From Mustelus asterias (lineage: Eukaryota), in contig NC_135826.1 in assembly GCF_964213995.1 (NCBI RefSeq), positions 31,868,001-31,932,000 on the forward strand: 64,000 nucleotides of DNA, read 5' to 3'. This document shows, one piece after another, positions 1 through 12,224 of this stretch (positions are counted from its first letter, which is position 1; the number at the start of each line of letters is the position of its first letter). The notes under the pieces are model-generated. The model saw only the letters and a program-made list of their open reading frames with translations, did no database searches and was not told where the DNA came from. The position numbers were made by a program, and so were the translations under genes.

Positions 1-450
1 CTTCATCATTCAATACAATCATGACTGACTTTGGCTTTCAACTCCAATTTTTAACCCATTCCCCATACTGCTTGAGATTCTGAGACCAAAAATCTGTCTA
101 CCGCAGCCTTAAATATATTCAGCAGTGGAGGATCCACAACTCCCTAGGGCAGAGAATTCCAAAGATTCATAACCCATTGAGCAAAGACATTTCTCCTCAT
201 TTAAGTTCTAAACAAGAGCCCTCTCATCCTGAGGCTATGCCCTGTGCTTTAGATTCCAGTAAGAAGTCTCACAACACCAGGTTAAAGTCCAACAGGTTTA
301 TTTGGTAGCAAATACCATAAGCTTTCGGAGCAGAGACTTCTTACCATGTTCACCCCAGTCCAACGCCGACATCTCCACATCATGACTACTTTAGATTCCA
401 TACACAGTGAAGACAACCTGTGTCTACCCTTTCAAGCCCCTTCAGAATCT
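1..450 (-). mobile_element. CR1 3' fragment interrupted by a Penelope-derived mini-element
   Basis: CR1-type 3' UTR motifs; insert at 259-388 flanked by a 12-bp duplication CTTTAGATTCCA. Confidence 0.7.
259..388. mobile_element. Penelope-derived mini-element
   Basis: gtaagaagtctcacaacaccaggttaaagtccaacagg... also present at 52530 and 56525; 12-bp TSD. Confidence 0.7.
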
Positions 451-1114
451 TGTATGCATATGTGCATTTAAAAGCAGAAATCCAGAAGTTTCTGTCAGTG
501 ACTCTGTGCTTCCCCAGTGGGCATGCTGCTGTAGACTGCAATCAATTAAAAATCATTGAACTAAGGAGAACGTCAGCTCAGTGTCAGAGTAAAAGCCCTT
601 GAAAAGTTACATGCAGCTGAGTTTTTAATGGCATATCTAGTGTGTAAATGCTGCTAAGGAATCTCAATGGTCTTGAAAGAGTAATCTTATATGTGCTGAA
701 TTTCAAATTTCTCCATTATGGTCAAAAAATTCCATATATTTCAAAAAAAGTCTGTTTGTGGTATTTTAGCTTCTACCTTAATCCCATATGTATTTCACTA
801 CCTGTAAAATTTTAAAATTATAAGCAAAAGGGTTTCAGTGGTTTTCACTTCCTAATTTGCTGTCCGAGAATACAACAAAATGATTGGCTGCTCACCCAGC
901 TTGATGATATCATTTCTGACCATGAAATTTAGCTGTTATTTCTGCACCACAATTCAGCAATTCTCATGAACATTAAAGTTCAATGTAGATTGAGAGAACA
1001 AAACTAAAACAGGTAATGACTAGTGTTATTTTTAAAGATCCTCAATGATAACAAATTTAGATGTTGTGCTTTAGAAGCTAAATAAATAAGCCTGTCTTCT
1101 TACAACCCTAAACA

Positions 1115-1400
1115 GCAGAACAAAGAACAGTACAGCAGAGGAACAGGCCCTTCAGCCTAACCAAGCCTGCATCAACACAAACTAAAGACCCTTTGTCTCT
1201 ATGCGGTCCATATCCCTCTATTCCCTGCCTATCCACATATCTGTCAAGATGCCTCTTAAATGTTGCTATTGTATCTGCTTCTCTGGCAGCACATTCCAGG
1301 TACTTACCACCTCTTTGTAAAAAACATACCTCTCATCTTTAAACTTTCCCCCTTTTACCTTAAACCTACATCCCCTAGTAATTAACATTTCTACCCTGGG
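1115..1400 (-). mobile_element. CR1 3' fragment
   Basis: agaacaaagaacagtacagc...ggcccttc tail signature. Confidence 0.75.
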
Positions 1401-1949
1401 ATCTACACAGAACCTTCAGATGTGCAACAGTATACTATTTCTCCATAGTCAATTATTCATTTTATCATGTATGCCAAGAAAAGGGGTAATGGTAGAGAAA
1501 ATGAGAGCTCACTGCACAAATTTCCTACAGTATTAAGGAACATCTCTTAAACTTCAGAAGGTTTAACATTTTTGGTCAGACATTTTAGCTGTCAACAGTC
1601 TGTGGTTATGACACCTCTTGCCTTTAACACATCAAAAAATGTCATTATTTGTCTATATTTCTAATTACTTTTTTTTCCAAAGGAAGTAGCCATGTACTAT
1701 GTATGGGCTTCTAATCTAAATCACCCAATTTATTGTGGGGCATTTTGGAATACACTGCCTGTCTGATTGACCTAAAACAAAATAGCACATTAACAGCTAC
1801 TGCTCTGTATTTGGCTTCTAGAAATTGGCAAGTCATCCTATTTAAATAATTTCAGTTAATATATTTACCGGTCCTTTAGCTAAACTAGCTATTGAATTAC
1901 TTACACACCCACATTGCACAAACTTCTTCAGCATTTAAAATTGTATTCA

Positions 1950-2315
1950 TCAGAGTTTAGAAGAGAGGGGATCCCATAGAAATTGATAAAATCCTAATAG
2001 GATTAGACAGGGTGGATTCAGAAAGAACGTTCCCGATAGTGAGGGAGTCCAGACTAGGGGGTCACAGTTTGAGGATGGGGGCTAAATCTTTTAGGACTGA
2101 GGTGAGGAGATTTTTTTTCACCCCGAGAATGGTGAATATGTGGAATTCACTACAACATGAAATGAGTTGAGGCCAAAACATTGACTGGTTTCAAGAAGAC
2201 ATAGTTCTTGGGGCTAAAGGGATAAAGTGGGGGGGTGGGGGGGGGGGGGGCGGGTTATGAATGGAGAGCAGGCTCGAAGGGCCAAATGGCCTCCGCTTGT
2301 TTCTAAATCTGTAAT
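1950..2315 (+). mobile_element. CR1 3' fragment containing a poly-G run
   Basis: GDPIEI.KIL.GLDRVD-like coding remnant and ggctcgaagggccaaatggcc terminus. Confidence 0.8.
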
Positions 2316-2997
2316 GAGGCAAAAAAAAGTAAAAAGGCAGCAGGATTGGATGGTGCAGTGAGTTCATAATTGGTCTTTCACTTCTGGGACCCAGGTTTAA
2401 AGTAAACCCAGACTCCTGCAAAGAAGATATTCTCAATTGGCTGTGTAAATGCATTCAGTTACAATAAACACTCGGGTGACAAAACAATTAACTTGATGAT
2501 AATAAGCTTTTCTATTACTGTAAACAGAAAATATTTTGAGAGTTTACCCTTAAAACATAAAAGTAGGGGAAAAGAGCGCCAATCAGCCAATTCATGTAAA
2601 ATACCCACTTAAACAGTTTTCATTCATTTCTGTCTCATCATCAGCCCTCTGCTTGCTTTTAACCAGAAAAATGTTTTAAGACAGTCTTGGTTATTTTGGT
2701 TCAGTACATAAAGCTTCTCTGTATCTCGTGGGGTTTTAAAAACTAGGATCAATCCTTTTTAATAGATACAGATTTTGCCTCTCAAAGCAGAGCACTCATT
2801 TAGATCCATTGAAGACCATTTTATTTTCCTTCCAAACTTCTGTACCACGTATTATTGTGAATTTTCTGTGGGGGCTGATCAGAATAAGTCAGAGATTAGT
2901 ACATGACGACACAATCTATTTTCTCCTGCTGGTTAAGTCAAAGCCACAAGGTCCATCTAGCTGGCGTAAACAGATGTGTGGTCGGTGGGGATGTAAT

Positions 2998-3215
2998 TCA
3001 TAGAAACCTAGAAATTAGAAGCAGGAGTAGGCCATTCGGCCCTTTGAACCTGATCATGGCTGATCTTCAAGTTCAATACCCTGATCTCACTTTCCCCCCA
3101 TCCCTTGATCCCTTTAGTCCCAAGAGCTATATCTAATTTCTTCTCAAAATCACACAACATTTTGCCCTCAACTACTTTCTGCACCAGTGAATTCCACAGA
3201 CTCACCACTCTCTGT
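2998..3215 (-). mobile_element. CR1 3' fragment
   Basis: catagaaac...agcaggagtaggccattcggccc signature. Confidence 0.75.
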
Positions 3216-3349
3216 GACCAGACAGCCTCAATTCAGGCAAACCAGTTCATTTGTAGATGACAGCTACTTAGTAAAATCTCTGCCTCGTAGTTAGGAGAAA
3301 CAGCAGGAGATAATCGGTTCATTTTTTTTCCCTTAAAAAAATAATGGTT

Positions 3350-3870
3350 TCCCATCCATAACTATGGTGTCTGCACCCCAGACATACTCTCTTCCATCGG
3401 GAATAGATACAAAAGTCTGAGATCACGTAACAACCGACTCAAGAATAGCTTCTTCCTTGCTGCCATTAGACTTTTGAATGGACCTATCAGAACAGCGCTA
3501 GAGAGTGGCGACTAGGGGATTTTCACAGTAACTTCATTGCAGTGTTAATATAAGCCTGCTTGTGACACTAATAAATAAACTTTAAACTTAACCATATATT
3601 GAGTTGACCTTTCACTAGCTGTGACTGTAACACTATATTCTGCATCCTCTCCTTTCCTTATCACCTTTGTACTCTATGAATGGTATGCTTTTGTCTGTGC
3701 AGCACATGAGAAATAATACTTTTAACTGTATCCCAATACATGGATGGACTTCAACCCAGATAAATGTGTAGTGGTCCATTTTGGTAGGTCAAATGGGATG
3801 AAGGAGCACAATATAAAGGCAAAGACTCTTAGTACTGTACAGGATGTGACAATAATATGTCAAATCAAAT
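3350..3870 (+). mobile_element. Rex1/Babar-like 3' end with two nested inserts
   Basis: Same family; SINE-tail insert at ~3490-3590 and internal CR1 piece at ~3741-3844. Confidence 0.75.
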
Positions 3871-3992
3871 GAAAGATGTTGTGCAATCTCAGGATGGAGG
3901 AAGGAATTTTGCTGGTGTGGCCCCGAGCAGCTTGGTGTGGAGTTCAGTGCCTCAGACAGGCAGTGTATGTGTTTGGGTGACAGGACTCAACC

Positions 3993-4281
3993 TGGGTGGC
4001 ACAGTGTTAGCACTGCTGCCTCACAGTGCCAGGTTTGATTCCCGGTTTGGGTCACTGTCTGTGCTGAGTCTACACATTCTCCCCGTGGGTTTCCTCCGGG
4101 TGCTCCGGTTTCCTCCCACAGTCCGAAAGACGTGCTGGTTAGGGTGCATTGGCCGTGCTAAAATTCTCCTTCAGCGTACCCAAACAGGCGCCGGTGTGTG
4201 GCGACTGGGGGATTTTCACAGTAACTTCATTGCAGTATTAATGTAAGGCTACTGCTTGTGACACTAATTTTAAAAAAAACT
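3993..4281 (+). mobile_element. V-SINE subfamily with alternative 3' tail
   Basis: HE1-like head and V-domain, then ...cacagtaacttcattgcagt.ttaatgtaag...cttgtgacacta tail. Confidence 0.85.
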
Positions 4282-4289
4282 TGTCCTCA

Positions 4290-4760
4290 GTCGGCGGAGG
4301 GTGGGGCGCTGCAGGTAGACGGAGCGGGACCCGTTACTGCCTCACTGAACCTTCCCATCCGTCAGAAAGCCGCAATCGTTCACTAATTAAAGATTAATTA
4401 AAGATGCCCATCACCGCCCAGTTCCCCAGCCGAGCGGCCCAGTGCCAGCCGGCCCCTCCCGCCCAAAGTAAGTCACCCTCACACAACCTCCTCCCATTAG
4501 GTATAAAGCTTCCACTGCTCCCTCCCCGCCCGACAACACTCCCACTCTGATTCCCTCTCCCTTCCCTTCCCCTCACTCCCCTCCCTTCACTCACCCTCCC
4601 GCAGCTTCGCCGCTGCTTCTTCAGCCGCCCCGAGCGCTCTCTCTCTGCGCCCCCCGCCACTGCGCATGAGCACCCCGCCGCTGCCGCGCTGCCCGTCGGG
4701 AGTTGTAGTTCCCCCCCCAAAAAAACCCTGAAGCTCAGCCAGGACAATATAGCCCCCAAC
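4290..4760 (-). promoter_or_regulatory. CpG island with probable promoter and first exon of an unidentified leftward gene
   Basis: ZNF143/SBS-type AACTACAACTCCCGACGGGCAGCGCG on minus (4685-4710), NRF1-like TGCGCATGAGCA (~4661), gtgagt donor on minus at 4594. Confidence 0.6.
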
Positions 4761-4940
4761 CCAACCCCAGGGGATGAGAAGGGAAAGGGGCATGTCTGCA
4801 CTGTGCAAGCTCAACAGATAACAATGCTGGGATTGTCCACTCTGCAACCTGCCCTTGACTTTTGCAAAGGGGGGGGGGCTATGGAATGCATGACCGGCGC
4901 AAGTGATGGCAGCAAAGATTTAATGGGTTGGATCAGCAGT

Positions 4941-5247
4941 TAAGTTTAAAGTTTATTTATTTGTGTCACAAGTAGGTTTACATTAACACTGCAATGAAGC
5001 GATTGTGAAAATTCCCTGGTCGCCACACTCTGGCACCTGTTCGGGTACACTGAGTGAGAATTTAGCATGGCCGATGCACCTAACCAGCACATCTTTCGGA
5101 CTGAGGGAGGAAACCAGAGCACCCGGAGGAAACCCACTCAGACACAGGGAAGAACGTGCAGAGTCCACACAGACAGTGATCCAAGGTGGGAATTGAACCC
5201 GGGTCCCTGGTGCATTGAAGCAGTGCTAACCATTGTGCCACCGTGCT
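4941..5247 (-). mobile_element. V-SINE subfamily with alternative 3' tail
   Basis: Reverse complement of the 3993-4281 type. Confidence 0.85.
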
Positions 5248-5274
5248 ATCCAATTAGAAGGATAATGTTTTTAA

Positions 5275-5760
5275 ATATTGCATTTACACAGCCATTCATG
5301 ACCACAGGCTGTCCCAAAGCATTTTACAACCAATGATGTACCTTTTGAAACAAAAACAAAAAATGCTGGAAAATCCCAGCAGTCTGACAGCGTCTGTGGA
5401 GAGACAATGGAGATAATGTTTCGAATCTGGAAGACCCTTCGTCAGGTCTTTATTGAAATGTGATCGCGATTACAGTGTAGGAAATATAACTAAATTGGGC
5501 ACAGCAAGCTCCCACAAAGAGCAAAGTGATTTTGAACATTTTTTGGTGATATTGATTGAAGGATATCAGCCAAAGCATCAGGGATAACTCCCCCGCTTTT
5601 GTTCCAAACTGTGCCCTGGGATCTTTTACATCCTTCCGTGACGGCAGATGAGGCCTTTGTTTATCCATCTCATCCAATTACTGCACTTTCTCAGTAATGC
5701 ACTAGTGTCAGCCTATATTTTTGTACCGGAGTCCTAAAGTGGGATTTTAGCCTGCAACTC
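5275..5760 (-). mobile_element. Ancient DeuSINE/SacSINE1-like repeat with a Penelope-end insert at ~5350-5450
   Basis: gtcccaaagc.ttttaca.ccaatga, cacagcaagctcccacaaa and gggatcttttacatcc motifs; a similar degraded copy lies at ~27060-27420. Confidence 0.6.
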
Positions 5761-6874
5761 AGAACAGAGAAAGGATGTGGGATTAGGAATAATAAATATT
5801 TATTAGGTTGAATGGCTTGTTTTTTTTTATTTCTAGCCATGAGTCACATATTCTAATTACACTTTCCTGCTTGCTCTCAAGCAACTATTTTTTTGAACTG
5901 AAAAACAAATCACTAATTCAGCAGGGGTTTGTGATGGAGAAGTATAAAAGCAGCGGTGTTTACTTGCAGGGGCCCTGTGGAAAAGTTCAGTTTGGATACA
6001 ACAGATTTTCCTATACGACAATTCTAAATACTACTTAATCTGTTTCAAATCACGCACATACGATCATGAAATGACATGTTTACAATAGGCAGTAGGAGAA
6101 TAGTTGGCAGAATTATCAGGCATTGGCCACTACCATTCCGTAGGTGTCCTTACAATGCAGCTCTGGGGCCTATGTAATTGTATCTATTGTATGATCCTAA
6201 TGAGGTTCTTGAATTGCACATTTTGGCAACTATGTAAAGATATTTTCCTAAATTCGCACATGAGCTCAATCCTTTGTCATTAAGGTGAAGATAATTTGTT
6301 TTACCTTGTCACCTAAGCCATGCCACTAGCATCCTTCCTACTTATCACTAAGTCCCCATAAATGTTTCATTTTTCCCCATCTTCTGCATCCCAATCACAT
6401 CTATTATCTGCTGCATGTTCAGGCATTTAACCGTACAATACAACTGAAGCAAATCAGTTACTAATTGCCCAATACTGAATCACCAATACCTGAAAAACAG
6501 GTAAAGAAATTAAGTAAAATTAAGGAAATTATGTAAAGAAATCACTAACATTTTGCCAAACCAAGCATGTTTGGCAATGATCAATTGGTGATATTAACTT
6601 AAACATCTATTAACTAGAAGCTGCATTTTAGGATAGTTTAAAAAATCTGGTCAGGGAGTGAGGCACAACAATCCTCCCCTCAACATTAGTTGCAATCAGT
6701 TTGAGAAATTACTAGACAAAAATGTTGTATTTATGTATTTTTTTAATGTGGCAAAACAAGTTGAAATTCACAATAACTCTTACTCTGTTCTTTTATATAC
6801 CCGTATATGAACTTCAGCTTGATTTATAACTGATCCCATTAATATATATTAGCCAACCTTTGAGGAAAACTCTC

Positions 6875-7248
6875 CAGCCTCCCATCCATTGATTCTGTCT
6901 ACACTTCCCACTGCCTCGGCAAAGCAGCCGGCATAATTAAGGACCCCACACACATTGGACATGCTCTCTTCCACCTTCTTCCTTCGGGAAAATGATACAA
7001 AAGTTTGAGGTCACGTACCAACCGACTCAAGAACAGCTTCTTCCCTGCTGCTGTCAGACTTTTGAATGGACTTACTTTGCATTAAGTTGATCTTTCTCTA
7101 CACCCTAGCTATGACTGTAACACTACATTCTGCACTCTCTCGTTTCCTTCTCTATGAACGGTATGCTTTGTCTGTAGAGTGTGCAAGAAACAATACTTTT
7201 CACTGTATACTAACACGTGACAATAATAAATCAAATCAAATCAAATCA
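6875..7248 (+). mobile_element. Rex1/Babar-like LINE 3' end
   Basis: Same family; AATAAA followed by (TCAAA)n tail. Confidence 0.85.
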
Positions 7249-8649
7249 AGGCAATCCCGCAAGTCAGTATTGATGAGAGTGAAGGATGTTGAATGCTGCT
7301 GGGAGCTGGAGCAGGGCTTGGACTGCAAGATAGTGAGCTATCATTGTAAAAAGACAACGTAAAGCTTACCAATACTGGTAACCTACATGGTTTCAGCCAG
7401 TTAATTTTGCAAACCAAAGGCAGGAATTTCAGTCTAGTGATGAACTTCCATTTGAATAGAAAATTAATAAATGGCGAGGTAACCTGCTTGATGTTGGTTG
7501 AGAAAACTCCATGCTCTTTGTTAAATACTGTCATCAGATCTTTTATATTCACCCAAGGTAGCAAATAAGAATGCTGTTCTTCAAATAAATATAGTACCAA
7601 TCACACCATATCCCTATTTTCACCAAATAAATGAATGGCAACTTAGGTTTATGATCAAGTTCACATTGGGCTTTAGAAACCACAACCTTCGCAGGCGCTA
7701 TCAACTGAACTAAGCTAAGTGAAATTGTACCTCAACAATTGTTATTTCTTGCCAAATTAAGCATGGTGGCTTCTAACAGTCTTGCCAAAAAAATCCAGTG
7801 AATTTATGATGCTGCTATTTCTTTGGACAAATGGTACTGCAATCTAGTGAGACAATTCAAACATATTTTATTTAAATCAAAGTAGTCAAACATGGCAAAT
7901 GTGAAAAATTCTTTTTAATTTACAATCCTGAAATGTGCAAGAGGATGAAAATATTCATGATCGAAAATGGCTGCCACAACGGAAATGCATGTGTTTTGGA
8001 AGTTCTGATGTAAGCAAATATTACAAGCTTACAGCAACATCCTGTTTCATCTGGTGGTGTCAGTTTTTTGGTGAATTAGGCCAGTGGAGACAAGAAAAAT
8101 GTTCTTCACACTTAAGTAAGCTGACTTTTTTAATCGACTTTTCCCGTCATTTGACCTCATGTCCTCAGTAAAGTCCTCATCCTGCATATAGTGTTATTTA
8201 CCTGGATTAACCAAAATTGAATGGTTGGGGTAGGAAAGACACCCAATTTGAAATTGGCAGAACTTGAGAAGAAAATTCAGTTCACTTAGTCAGCCTGTGC
8301 TGAGTGCATATGGTGTCTATTACAGAAAAATGACATCTGTCTGTTTTGTGCCAATTGCTGGTTCCAACTTGCAGCTTTTAAAGAGTAATTTGGTTGATTG
8401 TCTCAAATAGGCATATATACAAAAAACTAGCAATCAGTTCACTTAAGCGAGTAGTAATTAAAGGTAATCAGACGAGTGGAAAATATCTCTTCTTTTAATG
8501 CTTTGTAGTGTAACATTTAAGTATAATACTGTGCTATGGTCTTATGGTGAGTTTTAGTTGTGCAGATTTAGATTATAAAGCAATAAGGTTGAATGTACTT
8601 TACTGTTGCTGCATAGCATTTCGTCATGAGAGAGCAGATTGCATGGTAT

Positions 8650-9911
8650 GTTTTGTGACAATACTGTGCCTTTATGAAATGTATTTGTGTCATGTTTCTT
8701 GTAAGGGGACTGTTTTATACTTCAGCTTTGTTTACGGGGCCGATTGTCTATAACAGGCAGTCCACATGTTGAGAATGCAGAAGAATAATTGCCCCTAATT
8801 ATTGGGGTGTTTGTTTTAATCTGAGTTAATGCAGTTTTGTTATTTTTTTGGGTTTTCCCCGGGGTTTCAGAGTAGGGTTCAATTAGGTTGATTGACATGT
8901 GTGTGTCATGTGCCTATGGGAGGAGCTAGGTTTAGAGAGAGAAAAGCAGGCAGTTGCTGTTTGAATTTGAAAAGCGCAGTTCTTTTTCTCTCTGCGCTCT
9001 GGAAATTGAAGTTTGGCACCTGCCAGAGTTCTGCTGTTTGAAGACAGGTCTTTCTCTGGAGACTGTTATCTGGGAGCCAGAAGACAGGTGTCTCTCTGTA
9101 TCTCTGTCCAGAGGACTCTATAGGCTGGAGGATTTGATTTGATTTATTAGTGTCACATGTATTAGTATAGAGTGTATTGTTTCTTGCATGCTATATAGTC
9201 AAAGCATACCATTCATAGAGAGGGGAAGGAGAGTGTGCAGAATGTATTGTTACAGTCATACCTAGGGTTTAGAGAAAGGTCAACTTAATGCTAGGTAAGT
9301 CCATTCAAAAGTCTGACAGTAGCAGGAAAGAAGCTGTTCTTGAGTTGGTTGGTACATGACCTCAGACTTTTGTATCTTTTTCCTGACGGAAGGCGGCGGA
9401 AGAGAGTATGTCCGGGATGCATGAGGTCCTTAATTATGCTGGCTGCTTTTCTGAGGCAGTGGGAAGTGTAGACAGAATCAAACCAGTCAGAGGCTGGTTT
9501 GCATGATGGACTGGCTTCATTCATGACCCTCTGTAGTTTCTTGCGGTCTTGGGCAGAGCAGGAGCAATATCAAGCTGTGATACAACCAGAAAATATGCTT
9601 TCAATGGTACACCTGAAGAGGAGTTTACACCTATGAGGATATTACTTAAATTAGAACTAATAGAGAAAGCTAGCAGTTAAGAATTATACCTTGTCATGTT
9701 TACTTATTTCAACCAGTAAAAGTTATTCTAATTCTTTGTTAAACAGTATTGTTAAATAAACTTGTTTTTAAAAATAAAAGCTTCTTAGTGGGTCAATAGA
9801 ATCACATCTGGAGCGAAACACCTTATGCTCTCACAATGCCAAAATCAAAAAAAGCTCGGGTTTAATCTAACTTCACAACATACCTTGGAGTTTCTGATCT
9901 AGTTCCCAACA
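8650..9911 (+). mobile_element. Possible solo LTR interrupted by a Rex-like insertion
   Basis: TG...CA ends, GA-rich core, AATAAA near 9754 and 9773; TSD unclear. Confidence 0.4.
9131..9615 (-). mobile_element. Rex1/Babar-like LINE 3' part
   Basis: Same family; (ATTTG)n tail on the plus strand. Confidence 0.85.
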
Positions 9912-10577
9912 TTTGTCAGACAATTTAACTTAAACTCAAGGCTCTATGACCTCCCTACCTCCGTCCCAAATGCTGGCATCTCTAAATCACCTTAAATGAA
10001 ATAAACAAAAAAACCTTTAGCCTTTTAACTTAAAAGGGTAAGTATACTGAGGGGGCTGATTAGCTCTGTTGGCAAGAGGGTGGTGCAGAATAACATCGAC
10101 AGTTCAAGTTCAAACCTCATACCAGACAATTTTTGGGCATGCCTCACCTTGCCCCATAGTTATATCATAGCACAAGTCATTAGCAATCTTCAGACAACAA
10201 GGACATTACATAGAGAGAAGAAACGTTCACCCTACTGTCCTGGAACATTCCTTTTTGCCGAAAAGAAAGCCATAGAAGTATCATTTTCAGCCTGAATTCT
10301 GAGATTCTACATGAAAGCTACTTTGCTTTACTGAAAAACCCTCATGTAAAGTAGCACAAAAAACTACTTGCATGCAATCTGGAATTACAACACGGCAATC
10401 AATACTTTCCAATGTTGTCTGTGAATAAATCACACTTTATGCTGATACTCCATAGTAATTATATTGCCCAAATGTGAGTATAATAGATACCAGATTTCAT
10501 AAAATTACTTCCTCTTCTTAAGGTTCCCAGAGATGAAAAAGAAAAATGACTGCTGTCCAACAGTTGCGGAATAGAAT

Positions 10578-10875
10578 GGTGCGGTAGGGTGGCTAGCACT
10601 GCTACCTCAGTGCCAAGGACCTGGGTTCAATTCTGAGCTTGGGTCACTGTCTGCGCGGAGTCTGCACATTCTCCCCGTGTCTGCATGGGTTTCCTCTGGG
10701 TGCTCCGATTTCTCCCACAAGTCCAAAAGATGTGCTGGTTAGGTGTTTTGGCTATGCTGAACTCTTCCTCGGTGTACCCGAACAGGCGCCAGAGTGTGGC
10801 AACAAGCAAATTTTCACAGTAACTTCATCGTAGTGTTAATTAAGCCTACTTGTGACACGAGTAAATAAACTTTAA
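10578..10875 (+). mobile_element. V-SINE subfamily with alternative 3' tail
   Basis: Same type. Confidence 0.85.
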
Positions 10876-11908
10876 AAATGGATTAAACCTTATTCGCATC
10901 TGATCTTGGTCAGGTTATTTGGGGGGTGGCGGGGAAATGAGGAGGAAGCCTTTGACTATAGGCATTGAATCTAAGAAAAACAAATCAGTGGATGCAACAT
11001 CTTGCACATCTGCAAATGATTTGTTGCAAAACCAAAATAAAGCATCTGTCACATGATAAATGAAAGCAAGAGACACTTTTCTTTAAAGTTATTTCACTCC
11101 ACATCAACGTTAATGGAGCTACAATCTGCTCCTCTTAATTTAAAGTTGGTTAATCCATTAGGGGGACAGTCGTCTCGAGTTAAATCACTCTTTCGCATTT
11201 CTACCGTACACTTATTTTTCTAAACATCTAAATATAACCCAGCAGAATGATACACAATATTATGGTCTTTTAGCATGGTTAAAACATTTCATATTATTTA
11301 GAATGGTACTGATATTTGTTTGCATTTGTTGGCTATAAAGGTAATGTTGTTGCTTCAAACAAAAAAAAAATCAAAGTAGTATTATTCCTCAGCCATAAAA
11401 TGTGACTATCATACTTTTATTAAGGGTTACTTTGACATTTTCCTTCAGGGCAACAGATTAGAATTGGATTTATAATGTTCAGTCTCTCCTCTAAAAAAAA
11501 TGCAACAGTTAAGTCAATATAGGTCTTAAATGGGTACTTAGATTAAAAGCTACTGTTTAAAACAGGGAATGGAGTTATGAATGCTACACTTTGTCTCTTA
11601 AAAAATGTGTATGACAACACTGGTCCAATTCGGTAGTTTGCGTTTGGATTTTCACATCATGAACTTGAATAGACCCATTCGTGGTTACACTGCATTAAGT
11701 GGTTCTTCTCCCTGACTTTCCCATTGATTTTCCTTCGATAGCTGTAGGATGCATATTGCTTCTGCTGTGCAAAATCTCACTGTTCTAAGAACCTGCCATC
11801 CAAGTGAGTGCTTCTGACTTTTGAAGAAAATATGGTCATACCCATTGCATTCCCACAATAACTTTTGTTTTAAAATTAATCTGTAACTAGACCAGATAGT
11901 CATATAAT

Positions 11909-12224
11909 TAAGTTTAAGTTTATTTATTTATTCATTCTTCCAAGTAGGCTTACATTAACACTGCAATGAAGTTACTGTGAAAATTCCCTATTGCCACATT
12001 CTGGCACCTGTTTGGGTACACTGAGGGAGAATTTAGCACGGCCAATGTATCTAACCAGCACGTCTTTCAGACCATGGGAGGAAACCGGAGAACCCGGAGG
12101 AAGCCCATGCAGACATGGGGAGAACGTGCGGACTCCGCACAGACAGTGACCCAAGCCAGGAATCGAACAAAGGTCCCTGACCCTGTGAGGCAGCAGTGCT
12201 AACCACTGTGTCATCGTGATGCCC
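11909..12224 (-). mobile_element. V-SINE subfamily with alternative 3' tail
   Basis: Same type. Confidence 0.85.

Noticed and set aside
7945-8010. Possible box C/D snoRNA (GGATGA...CTGA)
   Set aside because: Imperfect C box, no terminal stem, and not in an identified intron.
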